From Xylographa opegraphella (Eukaryota): a DNA stretch of 64,000 nt. Within the stretch, counting starts at the first letter, position 1, and each line of letters begins with the position of its first letter. Both the position numbers and the translations under genes were made by a program. Shown piece by piece: positions 52,224 to 64,000 of the stretch. Location: NCBI GenBank assembly GCA_022813865.1, contig JALDZX010000027.1, forward strand, positions 1-64,000, in the 5' to 3' direction. Under the pieces are notes generated by a model. It saw only the letters and a list, made by a program, of their open reading frames with translations, was not told the origin of the DNA and ran no database searches.

Positions 52224-52530
52224 TGCTCTTCTGACGGCTTCGGAGTTCAACAACCTCGGCAATTAAGACATATGTATGAAGGAGACACGCGAATACAACT
52301 AAATGAATGAACTGCGGTCAATTTGAATCACTGGAAATGTCGCTACACGACTTCGGTAGCTCAGAGTGATCTATGGAACCCCCTGAAATCGCGGTAAGCT
52401 ATTCTAAGCCCATTGCATCCCCGGGTAGCTCTGTAATCTGGCACCCACGGCGTGAAATAAATTATCCTTCTTTTAGTAGCAGAAGTCCACGACCGACAGT
52501 ACGAAGTGGCAATTATCCAGCCTTGCTATT

Positions 52531-53953
52531 ATGTCGGGGGCTAGTGATAAAGCTCGGTTCTATCTTGAGCAATCTATTCCGGAACTGCAGGAATTCGAAA
52601 GGAAAAAGATATTCTCCAAAGTATATGAGCCAGCCCATTTTTGAAATGACCAGCTATTGACTTTTAATCAAGGATGAGGTTGCCTCAATTGCAAAGCGAA
52701 GATCAGATTTCGAACATAAGTTGAATGGGAGAGGTTCTGCGCCGGCAGATTACGCTCGATATGCCGAATACGAGATGAATCTTGAAACCTTAAGGCGCAA
52801 GAGAACAAAGCGCATGGGTCAAAAGTATACAGGTCACACTGGGCAAAAGCGGATATCATTCATCTTGGACAGAGCAACACGGAAGTTTCATGGCGATATA
52901 GGATTGTGGATGCAGTATCTTGACTATTCTATAAAACAAAAAGCCTACAAGAAAGTTGCCCAGATTCTCACCAATTTACTGAGACTACATCCGACCAAGC
53001 CTGAATTATGGATCTATGCTGCGAAGTATGTGATGGAAGACCAGGGCGATATGACCAGCGCCAGAAGCTACATGCAGAGAGGGCTGAGGTTTTGCAAGCA
53101 GTCGAAGGAGCTGTGGCTCGAGTATGCAAGGTTGGAGTTAATCTACATTGCGAAGATTGCCGGGCGACGTGAAATTCTCGGCCTCGAATCGCATCTTTTC
53201 GAGAAGGCAAGTCAACCAGCTCTTGATGACCATGAGGCCGATCACATAGCTCTGCCAGTGATAACGGCGGAAGATATCAACCCAGGCTTGAGCACAGATG
53301 ACTCATTGGATCAGGATGTTCTACGGAACTTGAGCAAAACTCCTGTGTTGACCGGAGCGATACCCATAGCAATCTTCAATGCAGCCATGGAGAACTTCAA
53401 AGACGTGGCCTTCGGTGAACGATTTTATAATATGGTTATTGAGTTCAACAGCATTAGCTGTATAGGACAGATATCCAAACATATCGTCAACTCCTTGATG
53501 TCCCTCGATTCCACAAGTCCAGCTTCGACCAACTGCTTCATACGCCAACCCTTGGCTGGAGTGCAGACATCTTCACCGGAGTTTCCAGCAATATTGAGTG
53601 TTGTGTTAAAGCAGCTGAGTATCAAGATAGAGATGCATCCATCCCTGGATTTCCTTGATCGGAGTATGGACTGGCTGCTATCCTACATATCTATCGGAGA
53701 CATAGACCCAGATATTCGAACTGTCATAATCGCCACGCTGAGTCGAATCATGAGTCGGTATAGAACAGTGATTGAAACGAACAACGGAGGCTTAAGCGAT
53801 CGGATAGTAGATCTGCTCCGAGGGTTCCAATCTAATGGACTCGAAAAATTATTCCTTTCGACTCTCGCATGGTCCTCTGAAATCTGGCCATTACATCCAG
53901 GACTATTTGCACTAAAAGATTCCATGGTTAACAAAGGAGACGAGTGTCAATAG
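52531..53953 (+). CDS. UTP6: U3 snoRNA-associated protein 6 (HAT repeats); exons 52531-52620, 52673-53953
   Basis: MSGASDKARFYLEQSIPELQEF..IFSK|DEVASIAKRRSDFEHKL, RATRKFHGDIGLW, LHPTKPELWI, ARSYMQRGLRF. Confidence 0.93.
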
Positions 53954-54644
53954 TTCGACGGACCCGGTCCTTTACGTGAGCTCTTTTTGTTACTATGCAT
54001 CTTTTTGGCTTTGAGTCGAGCTTTATCCTCGGCTTGTTGTCTGGTCAAGTACCGATTAGCACTCCAGATACCAATACCATGCGGTACAAAACATACAAGG
54101 TCTTCACCCTTGCTAAGTGTGCAGGGGTAGCCTCGCGTGGCACGGCATTCTTGGCTGCTGTTTGTACCAGATCGTCCAACTTTCTGAAGCATTCTTGAAC
54201 GTTATCGGTTTGTTTTCGAAACGTGTCAGCCTGAATAACCAACGAGTTTGACCTCGGAGCAAAGTATCGTGACGACAGAAGCTGTCGATGTAGTAGACTG
54301 GGCACCAGAGGAAGCAATTTCTCTAGATTTAGACGTAGAGTAGCTTTAGAATTCGTTCTGGCAGGCATAAACTGAAGCCCATAGGACCACGATGAGAAAG
54401 ATGCCTACTTGTTGACATTCTGACCACCAGGACCGGAAGAACGGCTATAGCCCAAATGACAGATACTCCGAGGTATGGTAGTAGGACTGTAGCTAGCTAG
54501 CCATTGCCTGACTGCCTTTTGCTCGTCTTCTGAAGCTCCATTGTCTCCGTTAGCACGGGTTGAAAAGGTCGTTGCAGCCGTCAAGCTGAGAGGCGTCCTT
54601 CGGGACTGGCAAGAAGCAGTTACTGTAAGAGCTTTACGTATCAT
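53947..54644 (-). CDS. PTH4: Mitochondrial codon-independent peptidyl-tRNA hydrolase (ICT1/mL62/Pth4, RF-1 GGQ domain), 3 exons
   Basis: YSRSSGPGGQNVNK|TNSKATL, IQADTFRKQTDNVQECFRKL, basic tail RLKAKKMHSNKKSSRK. Confidence 0.88.
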
Positions 54645-55007
54645 GCTGTCATTTCTCACATATTTTTTGTCGTGCTTGATGTGAATATAACATCCAGCAC
54701 GTGACATCATCGAAACGACGCTAGGCGCATCTACTACGAAGGTTCAGTTTTCAGTCCATTAATTTTCACGCCCGTTATACGCCTTGTCGTTACACACTCA
54801 ACACTCTCAACGACTCTCAACCCCCTATGCTTATCCGTGCAGTGTTGACCTATCCAAGAAGTACTCTTTACGATGGAATGCCCGTGATCAGATTGAATTC
54901 TCGCGCCGCAATACTTGCCCCATTCTGAGGTTGGCAAGGTCTCTGTATTGCATGCAAACTTCACTCTGCTGGTGTAGCTCCTCTGCCCACCCACTCCTGC
55001 CGCATCG

Positions 55008-57980
55008 ATGCAGTCTAGTTTCCAAGCTGAAGCACAACTATTCCGTGGGAAAAGCTTGACTCCTGAGAGCCCGCGACCTCTCCATTACCCGGAGCCGTCC
55101 ACCATTCCTGTCTTACAGAACCAAATTGACCCAATTTTCAACCTCATGTCGACGCATATGGAGCATCCCCATGCTGCGAGGGACTTGACCACAATGGATC
55201 ACGAGATGGCACAGAATGCTGAGTCGGCAGGTGTTGCAGAGTCGGGCAACACCAATGAAAACATAGGAAACAATATCGACGATGATGCAAAACTTGAGGA
55301 TTTTTATGGAGATACGAGAAGCTCGGAGGGAGATTCGGGGTCTACAGACATTAATGGTGTCAAGGCTGAGCACAACCAGTCAGACTCTTCTCTAATACAG
55401 AACCATACATCATTGCAAGCTGATCAGCCTTCTACATCAATCGCTTTTCATGACACGAACCCTACCACCACACAATCAACCTTCGATTATGTCCCTTCTA
55501 GCCACTCTCATTCCAAAGTCTCTTCCCAGCATCTCACAGCCACATATGAGCCCATCCACACCCTCCCCAATCTCAACAGCCAAAGCTACAGCCAAACCTC
55601 CGAACCACCAACGCATGAGAATGATGAGACGAATATCAAGATAGGCGGATATGGTGGAGAGACTGTAGAAAATGGGGGCGTGAACTATCAGACCCTTCTG
55701 GATAATATCTCCCCATCCAGTGCGTCAGATCCTCTGGCCCTAGATTCGTCTACTTCCCAATTCGAGTTACCAGGAGAAGCAACAGATATTCCAATTCCTA
55801 GCAGCGCCAATCTTCCAGTCGCCAATGTGCCTGCTCCTGCAGGGTTGCCACCTAGGCCACCACCCCAGGAGAAGCCTGCCATACATCCCAATTATATGCC
55901 AGGAGAAGACATTCGATCATACCATTTTCCTCATACTCATCACGCAGGCGCTCACGCCAATCTCCCTCCCCAACCAAGTAATTCTTTTCGACCTGTCCCG
56001 GCGTATGCCACCGCCGCCTCAACCACTGTATCTGGTGCACCTGGCACATCATCTGCCCACAACGGATTACCTCCACCCCCAATGGCGACCTTTCAACAAC
56101 CCCCTGGAGTAGGTGATCAGCCACAAGCTAGCCCCACTACCCAACAGTTCCAGCGAGATGCTGCCGGAGGAAGTGGCCCTAAATCCGGAGCGCCAGCCGA
56201 TACCGGTGATCGTGGGGGCCGCTGGGCGCCAGAGGTTGAACGCATGTATGACGAATTCTTAAGTAACGAAAGGGTGTATACCGCAGAGGGAACTTGGGAT
56301 AGGTTTCCCCCAGGATCCAGACTATTCGTTGGTACATATATTATACAGCTTCACCACATACTTATGGTTCGGACTGATTGTGTGATAGGAAATCTGCCAA
56401 GTGAGATCGTCAACAAACGCGACATATTCCAGATTTTCTACAAGTATGGAAAGCTCGCTCAGATCTCGATCAAGCAAGCCTACGGCTTCGTACAGTTTCT
56501 CGATCCTAATGCATGTCGCGCAGCTCTGGAGAACGAGCAAGGGATGAGAATAAAGGAGCGAAACATGCGTAAGAGCCTAGCGTCGCTACTTATGCATCGA
56601 CAGATTAGCTAAAGAATTCATAGACCTTGAGATATCTAAACCTCAAAAGAACTCACGTAATGCCTTAGCCTCAGCAGCAGGAGATAATTTGAGAGCAAGT
56701 CATTATAGACGATCACGTTCTCCGGATCATGCTCGCCGACAACAGAGTTATGGTGTTGGACCGCGGCCTGGGGCGGATAGGTTTGTACCATTCAGCGACT
56801 TCCGCGATGAGCCAAGGCGGAGGGACGATTATCGACCGGGGCGTTCCCCATCACCGAGGGGTTATCGTGGCCGCGACGAGTACAGAGGTGGACGAGACAG
56901 AAGCCCAGACCGCTATTACGGGCGACGAAGTCGATCAAGATCACCGTTCGGTAGAGCTCCTAGATATCGGAGTCCCAGCCCTCGAGGACGCGAGATTGAC
57001 CAGGAGGCTACCCTGCCAATTCCAAGACGGGATCCGCGAGACGTCCCGGACGTCCAACTAATATTGATTGAGGAAGTAGACAGGTAAGTGTATGGGGCAC
57101 ACGTCAGTTCTTGCAAGTACGCTAACGTCACTCAGGGCGTTCGTGACTTATATCGAAAGCTCTTTTAGGGAACGGGGACTGAGGTGTGCTGTTCTTATCC
57201 TACCTGGTGTTCCTTTGGAAGCTGTCGTGAAAAGACAAATTTTGGAAGGAGTTCAAGCAATTGTGAAGCTGTACCGAAATTCCCAGCTCACAGGAAAAAT
57301 TCCTTTGCAGTTGTTCGATAGGACAGGCGGCGCAGATAACGTGCGGTTCGAAGGTGAGTAACAAGTTCTGGGATGCATTTCAATACCACTGACCTCCTCT
57401 GCCAGAATACGACGACTTGGAAGCGCGGATTGCTGCAGAGCTTGTCATCCGTGCCAAAGCAAAGCAGATAGCCTCAGTAGTACCACCTGTTCATAACCAA
57501 TACACAGCACCTCACCAGCCTTATTCGGTGCTTCCATATGCACAAGCACCCCATCAAGCTCCAGGTCAGCAGCAAGCATTGCCTAACGCAGGACAGCCAA
57601 ACATTGCCAATTTGATCACTTCGTTAGATGGACCTGCACTTCAGAAACTCCTTGGAGCAATGCAGCAAAACCCTCAGGCTCCACAGACCCCTCAGCAACA
57701 CATGCCTTTGCAGAGTCCTACTCAAAATCCAGACCTATCCGCCCTTTTAGGCAACGTTGGAATGCAAAGACAGCAACAGCATCAACCTCCCCATGGTCAA
57801 CAAAACTATCCTTACGCAATGGTCCAGCAGCAACCGCAACCTGCACAGCAGTATCAATATGGAGCTCCCTACCAGCAAACCTCGCAGCAGACTGGTCCAC
57901 CACAACACCAGCAGCCACAACCCGGGCAGCATCAGCACGTGCAGAATATCATGGAACAGCTGGCAAAGTGGAAGCAGTGA
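55008..57980 (+). CDS. NAB3: Nab3-like RRM RNA-binding protein with RS-rich and Q/P-rich regions, multi-exon
   Basis: FPPGSRLFV|GNLPSE..IFYKYGKLAQISIKQAYGFVQF RRM, RSRSP repeats, VPDVQLIL..VKRQILEGVQAIV domain, Q-rich tail ending QNIMEQLAKWKQ. Confidence 0.85.
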
Positions 57981-59376
57981 AAGTCCGGGATGGATCTTTG
58001 AAAAGTGTACTTGAAGATCGATCTTTTCGACTTGCCTCACAACAGAAATAGGGCCACTTTAGGCTGATCGAAGCATTTTTGGGGGGCGGAGCACATGAGC
58101 GAGGCGTCCGACTCACCTTACGCGCGGGTGATCTTTAATGGCAGCTGTCGGGTGACAAAGTGATCTGGAGCTGTGGAATGTACTTTACTTCTTAGACACG
58201 AAACGAGATCAAAATGCTAAATCGTGATTAACCGACGGACGTGCTATCTACATAGTCATAACATTCTGGTGGTATACGCTACGTATCGACTGTCCTGTTT
58301 GAAGATAAGGTGTGTGCATCTTCCGTCTAGCAAATAAGCTATGGTTTCGCTGTGTCAACTAGTAAACGTTTTCAAGTGGTCAAATTGACATGTCAGTGCA
58401 ACAGAATAGAATGCGAGCGGCGGGCTGGCCAAGGAACTGCGAAGCCTGCTGCTTGTTTGCCTGATATAACCAATAAATGATAAGGAGTTAGTAATTAGAG
58501 CCCAAATTCCTACTCGAGAGTCTCCGCTCGCTCAAGCACCGATGTCTACTTCCAATAGCAACATATGTCTCAACCTTACTCGTATAGGTAATGATTGGGA
58601 CCGCCAATCGTGTCAAATTGAAAAAAAATAAGAATAATATGGTGCAGTTGGACTCGTGAGATTGTGGACCGTGACCGGTATACGTATTGTTCAAGCATTT
58701 TCTGGGCTACGGCGAGCCAGGCATTTTTATCTCGCTTGAGGCTGCAGGATTGAAGCAAGGTATAGCCTGTGGTATATAAAAAGTGCGCAGTAGTATGGAT
58801 TCATAGTTTCGTGGCAGGCCTTGCGAAGAACTGAATGTGGAGGGTTATGATTCCCTTTTGTATGTGAGTCATTACCGCGAGCATCTTCAAGTCGACCTTG
58901 AGTTCCCCTACGTTGTAACCATTGTGGAATGTCAGTCACAATAGACACTTGGAAGGCTAACTTTGGTCATCTTCTGGAGTTTGTGCCTTGAGCCAATGGC
59001 GGTCTCCTTCTGGGTAGTAGTCCTTGATAAATAATTGAATTCATATGTTCGAATGCGTTGTATACGTCAATAAGTCCTTTCGGATCTCAGTTGGGGTGTT
59101 TCGACTTCGTGGCCCATGACTCAAAGACAGTATGATTGGGCCTTGACTCTTAGGAGACTGAAGGGTGAATAATGATCGGCCTGTGACTATAGCATTTCTT
59201 CGTGTCAGAATGCATCTTGTCCTGCCATCAACCATTATTACCACCTTTAACCACAATAAGTATACCTCTGTATCCAAAGGGTATCAATCTGCCAGAAAAC
59301 AGGTCTTTGGCCGTTGCGCGATAGCCTCGCGTCATTCCTTATCTCAAAAATCTAACAACTTAACATCTGCACAACC

Positions 59377-59802
59377 ATGCCTAAGGACACCTGTGACCCT
59401 CTCGTACTTATCGCCCTCTCGCTTATCCGTAGCAAGCGGGACAACCGCTCCTTGACCGATGAGTTCCGCAAGGAATGCAAGAGTGGTAAGCTCAGCGCCA
59501 GAGGCAAGAATCTCATTGCGTATCCCAAAATGGATCAGTTCTGGGACCACATCCGCAACGAACACAAAGAGTGGGCAGAGTTCGTATCACTTCACTGCAA
59601 CGAGGAATCCTTCGACTATGTACTGATCCGCCTCTTCACACGCGATTGGGCAGACCTTGAGGTGCTAGAGAAGCGGGCTCCAACTTTTGAAGGCTTGAAG
59701 AACATGATGAACGACCTCATCGATTTGGACTCTCACCTGGAGACGAAAGAGGAGAGAAGCAAGAAGCAGGAGTACGAGAGTAGATACTTCTGTCCCGCAT
59801 AA
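59377..59802 (+). CDS. Small intronless hypothetical protein (141 aa), probable W-x-H-x4-H family member
   Basis: ATG in strong context (ACAACCATG), coding-like codon bias. Shares T.D.....A..L..S..R and W.H....HKE[WF] with 25949-26395. Confidence 0.75.
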   Translation: MPKDTCDPLVLIALSLIRSKRDNRSLTDEFRKECKSGKLSARGKNLIAYPKMDQFWDHIRNEHKEWAEFVSLHCNEESFDYVLIRLFTRDWADLEVLEKRAPTFEGLKNMMNDLIDLDSHLETKEERSKKQEYESRYFCPA

Positions 59803-61263
59803 TGGGTGCAGTGGCTTGTATCTGCTCGAGCATTGGATATTGGGGCAAGAGTATGGCGTACAAGCCGGCGAGCATGCTTAAGCGGGTATTGAGGTTTATA
59901 TCGAGGAGTTCCCTTGATTTTCATGTATGCTATGACCTTGGAAAACATAGTGATGATAGGAGAATGGAGAGAATTGGATCAAACAGTGGAAACGAGTGCA
60001 TCATTTCCAAACATAGGACAGTCCCTTGACCAAAGTAAAAGCATCCAGGTTTGCAATCGGGCGGGCTATTCCCTATCAAGTTTCTGGTATCAGTGTCCGG
60101 CCATGTTGAGCAATCGTGTCAGAGAGTAGGCGAGTGAGAGTGATCGAGCATACATATCATACGGCCCGTTGATATTAGTTGTCCATTTGACGTGGTTGAT
60201 CAGAAGGATGACGACGTAAGGTCCTGCTCAACGTATCCAAGAGCTCAGCATGGCCTGCATCACGACTAACAAGCGCAAATCAACATATGATGATATACCC
60301 ATTTGAGGAAGACAGCACAGTTTGAATGGTTAGGGAAACACTTCTGGCTGTAGGATAACCTCAGAACGGTCTAGGAGTAGTAATATTAGGATACTCTGAG
60401 GTTACTTTGTGGGATTGCACCTGGCGCATCCAATATTGGGTCACAGCAGTATCGCAAATCCCATTATCCATACTCAGTCCAACTTGAATCAAGTACCTAC
60501 CTACTCAAGGGAGAAGAAAATGCTGAATATTCCACAATATTCCATCCATTTGTCGCCAACTCGGTGACGTGTTGCTTCGATGCCTCCTCGGCCGTTTCCG
60601 ATGTCTCGGTCCGGATCAACCTTCGACAATCTCCTTCTAGTGCCTTTCAGGTCTAGCGCCTCCCTACCATCCCGCTAGAAGCACGCTAGACCCACACAAG
60701 TCTCTCGCAGTCTTTTCCTCTTCCCTCACCTGCCCGAAAGCGTTATCTCCCTGCCGCATCTCTCGGGCGTGGCTCGCTACAAAGCCGACCACTCACCTCT
60801 TGTACTATCGAGTCCATCAACAACCGTTCTGGAAGGTGACTGACTGACTGCGTCCCCCACCATGCTCCGGTGGAAGAATTGGGTGTACGAGTACTATGAA
60901 CCATGATACATTATCTTTGGCTCAGCTGGGATGATGCACAGATTATCATCTTCTGTCTTCCATAAAGACGGCAATCCAAGGTCCCGCCATCTGCAGCTAT
61001 GTGTCGTCTTTCGTTCCTGATCCGAAAGATGCTGGTGGAGCGCCGACCAGGGTCACGATAAAGAGCTCTAGCTTACGATCTCCAAAAGCCCACTGCTTTC
61101 TATCTGCATTATTCCTGGACGGGCAGCTTCTTGCAGCTTGGCTGCAGGGGAGATGGACCTGCGTCATGGAGCATTCAAAAGTGGCCCTGCCCCCCGCAGT
61201 AATCTTTTGGTGTTTGCCTTTGTCGCTCATTTCTTCTCGAGCAATTGAATCTCCTCTGACATC

Positions 61264-63029
61264 ATGCGTCTCCTCAATTGTTTTTGCTTGCTCGCGAGCT
61301 CCTTGTGCATTTCATGCACGGCACGGAATCCGAGGCACGTGGGGAAAGAACTTCCAGAGAGAGGAACGGGTGTGGAGCGTCGTGTGCCTTCCTTCGATCA
61401 GCACTACAACGCTCCGGAAAAGCGTGACGCCTATCTCACCAACAAGACATCGAGTAAGCTTGGAACATTACGAACCAAGACGACTCATACCTGATGATTT
61501 ATATAGAATTCGTGGTTAATGGCACTGGCATTCCAGATGTAAACTTCGATATTGGCGAATCATACGCAGGTCTGCTGCCTATCTCCTCGTCCCCGGATGA
61601 GACGCGGGAACTGTATTTCTGGTTCTTCCCCTCCGAGAACCCCTTAGCTTCGGATGAGATCCTGATTTGGTTGAATGGAGGACCCGGCTGCAGTTCTTTG
61701 GAAGGGCTGCTACAAGAGAATGGTCCTTTCTTGTGGCAATACGGGACGTTTGCGCCGTTTGCCAACCCTTATACATGGGTCAACCTCACCAACACTGTCT
61801 GGGTAGAGCAGCCTATCGGAACTGGTTTCTCCCAAGGAACGCCAAACGCTACCAGTGAGGCAGACGTGGCAAGCCAATTTATGGGATTTTTCAAGAATTT
61901 CGTAGATACGTTTGACTTACATGGACGGAAGGTCTACATCTCCGGAGAGAGCTACGCGGGGTACTACGTCCCATATATCGCAGATGCCATGTTCAATGCG
62001 GAAGACAAAGAGTACTTTAACGTTGAATCAATTTTGATATATGATCCATCTACCAGTACTGACATTGTGCAAGAACAAGGTGATTTACTATTTCTTTAGC
62101 TACAGGGCTGCGTGCTGACAGCTTGAAGTCCCTGCAGTGGCTTTTCTGGATTATTGGGCTCCAGTATTCTCGCTGAATGCCTCCTACACAGAGCACCTCC
62201 ACCAGATGGATGCAAGATGTGGATACACTGCGTATCAAAACGAGTATCTTGCTTACCCTCCTGCTGGCATACTACCAACCCCTCCCATGAAAGAGGACTG
62301 CGACGTCTGGGATGCTATTCTCAATGCTGCACTTGAGATTAATCCTTGCTTTGACATCTACCAGATCCTGACAACCTGCCCACTTCTGTGGGATGTGCTA
62401 GGCTTTCCTGGATCTTTTGATTACTCTCCGCCCGGAGCCTCGATCTACTTCAATAGGAGTGATGTGCAGAAGGCCATCAATGCACCTCCGACCAATTGGA
62501 TGGAATGCACCAACAAGCACGTCTTCGTTCACAACACTGACCACTCTCCTCCAAGCGGCTTGTCAGTTTTACCCAGCGTTATTGAACGGACAAACAAAAC
62601 GATCATTGGTCACGGCGCGCTTGACTATATTCTCATTGCGAACGGAACTCTCCTCATGATCCAAAACATGACTTGGAACGGCAAACAAGGCTTCCAAAAA
62701 GCGCCTTCAGCTGAATTCTTTGTACCGTATCACATTGATTATAATGAAGATCAAACCTTAGCCGGTGCCGGAGTGTTTGGCACAACCCACACTGAGAGAG
62801 GCCTGACATTTGTGGAAGTTAGCTTGAGTGGTCATAGTGAGTGCTTGGCGCGAAAACCTGGTGAATGGCAACTAATTCGAATGCAGTGATTCCCCAGTAT
62901 GCACCGTCCGCTTCATATCGAACAGTCGAGTTCTTGCTTGGGAGAATAAGCAGCTTGACGGAGAGAGGCGATTTTACTACACAAACAGGAAATTTCACAA
63001 AGCGATCCACGGGATCGATGGTTATGTAA
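61264..63029 (+). CDS. Secreted serine carboxypeptidase, family S10 (CpdS/PepF-like), 4 exons
   Basis: Signal peptide, [20 protein letters not shown], catalytic GESYAG, GALDYI, SGH|MIPQYAP. Confidence 0.95.
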
Positions 63030-63326
63030 ATAATGATTTGAAGGCTTCAATTAGTTTAGACACAATAACGCAATGACTGTGGAACCAACTTCTTGAGGTC
63101 GGGTCGAAGGCAGACTCTCTAGACTAAAGGGACAGAATCGCCTGCATGATGTACCTTCATAATAAGGTACCATTCGCTTCTTATGTACGCACGATATTGT
63201 CCCAAAACCCTAAGTGCACACCCACAACAGCATGACATCATGTCCGGAGTGCCGATGTGACCTCAATACCGAGATATATTCGCTCACACAATATTTGCCA
63301 TTACCTCGTGTATAGTCCCAACAATT

Positions 63327-64000
63327 ATGTCTGCAGAATACGAAGGCCAAGATCCTCTGGAGATTGCCAAGAAGGCAGAGAGGGATCTGAACTCGCACGA
63401 AGCAAAGCACGGGCATGGGGGCAGTCAGAGTGGTAGGTTTGCTTTTCGCGCTGAATAGCTGCTCCATCGATTCACTTGCCATCATACCACGACAACTTTG
63501 TCTTTTCTAGTAACGATGCTACCTCTACAACTCCACGTTTCTTTCACATCGTTACTACAATTCTTCCTGATGATCAAGGTGCTAATTTTCCCTCATTCAT
63601 ATAGTGAACGACTCTGGGGTCGACGAGAATGTTACTTCCAAGTTCCCGGGGAGCACGATAACCACTGGTTCAGCAGCATCGGGCGCTGGAGACAACAGGG
63701 AGATTCCCGTGGAGGAGGGTGGGGATATCAATAAACTTGGACAGTAAGAAGCCACCCGCGAGATTCGATGTGCCATGCGAAGCGTCCATCCCCCTTGCCA
63801 CCAGTAGTACAACTAAGTCAAAACTTGAGCATACTTGTGAAACGTGTACTGATGCCATCGAATGTAGGCCGACCAAGGCGCGAGACTTTGAAGGAGAGGG
63901 AGGTCCCGAGACGAAACAAGCGCTCTACGAGCAGAACAACCCCGGGAACGATGATGCGGGAACGAACTTCAGGGGCCAACCGCAGCAAGAGTTGGCTGAT
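63327..64000 (+). CDS. Small hydrophilic conserved fungal protein (stress/dormancy-type), runs off the window end
   Basis: Spliced frame MSAEYEGQDPLEIAKKAERDLNSHEAKHG..|VNDSGVDENVTSKFPGS..GSAASGAGDNREIPVEEGG..|PTKARDFEGEGGPETK. Introns 63434-63604 and about 63744-63868. Confidence 0.8.

Noticed and set aside
60356..60404. 10-bp inverted repeat TAACCTCAGA...TCTGAGGTTA as a MITE or pre-miRNA
   Set aside because: It is too short, has no target-site duplication and has no second copy in the window.

Overview
Gene-dense 64 kb of a filamentous ascomycete (Pezizomycotina) nuclear genome, judged from short GT-AG introns with CTRAY branch points and fungal orthologues. The left end holds a complete highly reducing iterative type I PKS (KS-AT-DH-degenerate cMT-ER-KR-ACP, minus strand) with no clear tailoring genes on its right. 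The rest is mostly housekeeping genes: Inn1/Fic1-like C2 protein, an alpha/beta hydrolase, an 'ORP1-like' protein, MRPL22, a frameshifted molybdate-transporter family gene, a WSC sensor, CHO1, MRPL20, CPR6, FCP1, a LETM1-like gene, prefoldin 3, a RasGAP, CWH43, UTP6, PTH4, a NAB3-like gene and an S10 carboxypeptidase. The most novel signal is a family of small (about 135-150 aa) intronless proteins that I do not recognise. It has two intact copies (25.9 kb, 59.4 kb) and one frameshifted copy (24.8-25.2 kb) lying head-to-head with the first, and all three share W-x-H-x4-H-x2-[FW]. I found no tRNA, rRNA, CRISPR or intact transposon. All assignments come from reading motifs by eye; no database search was run.
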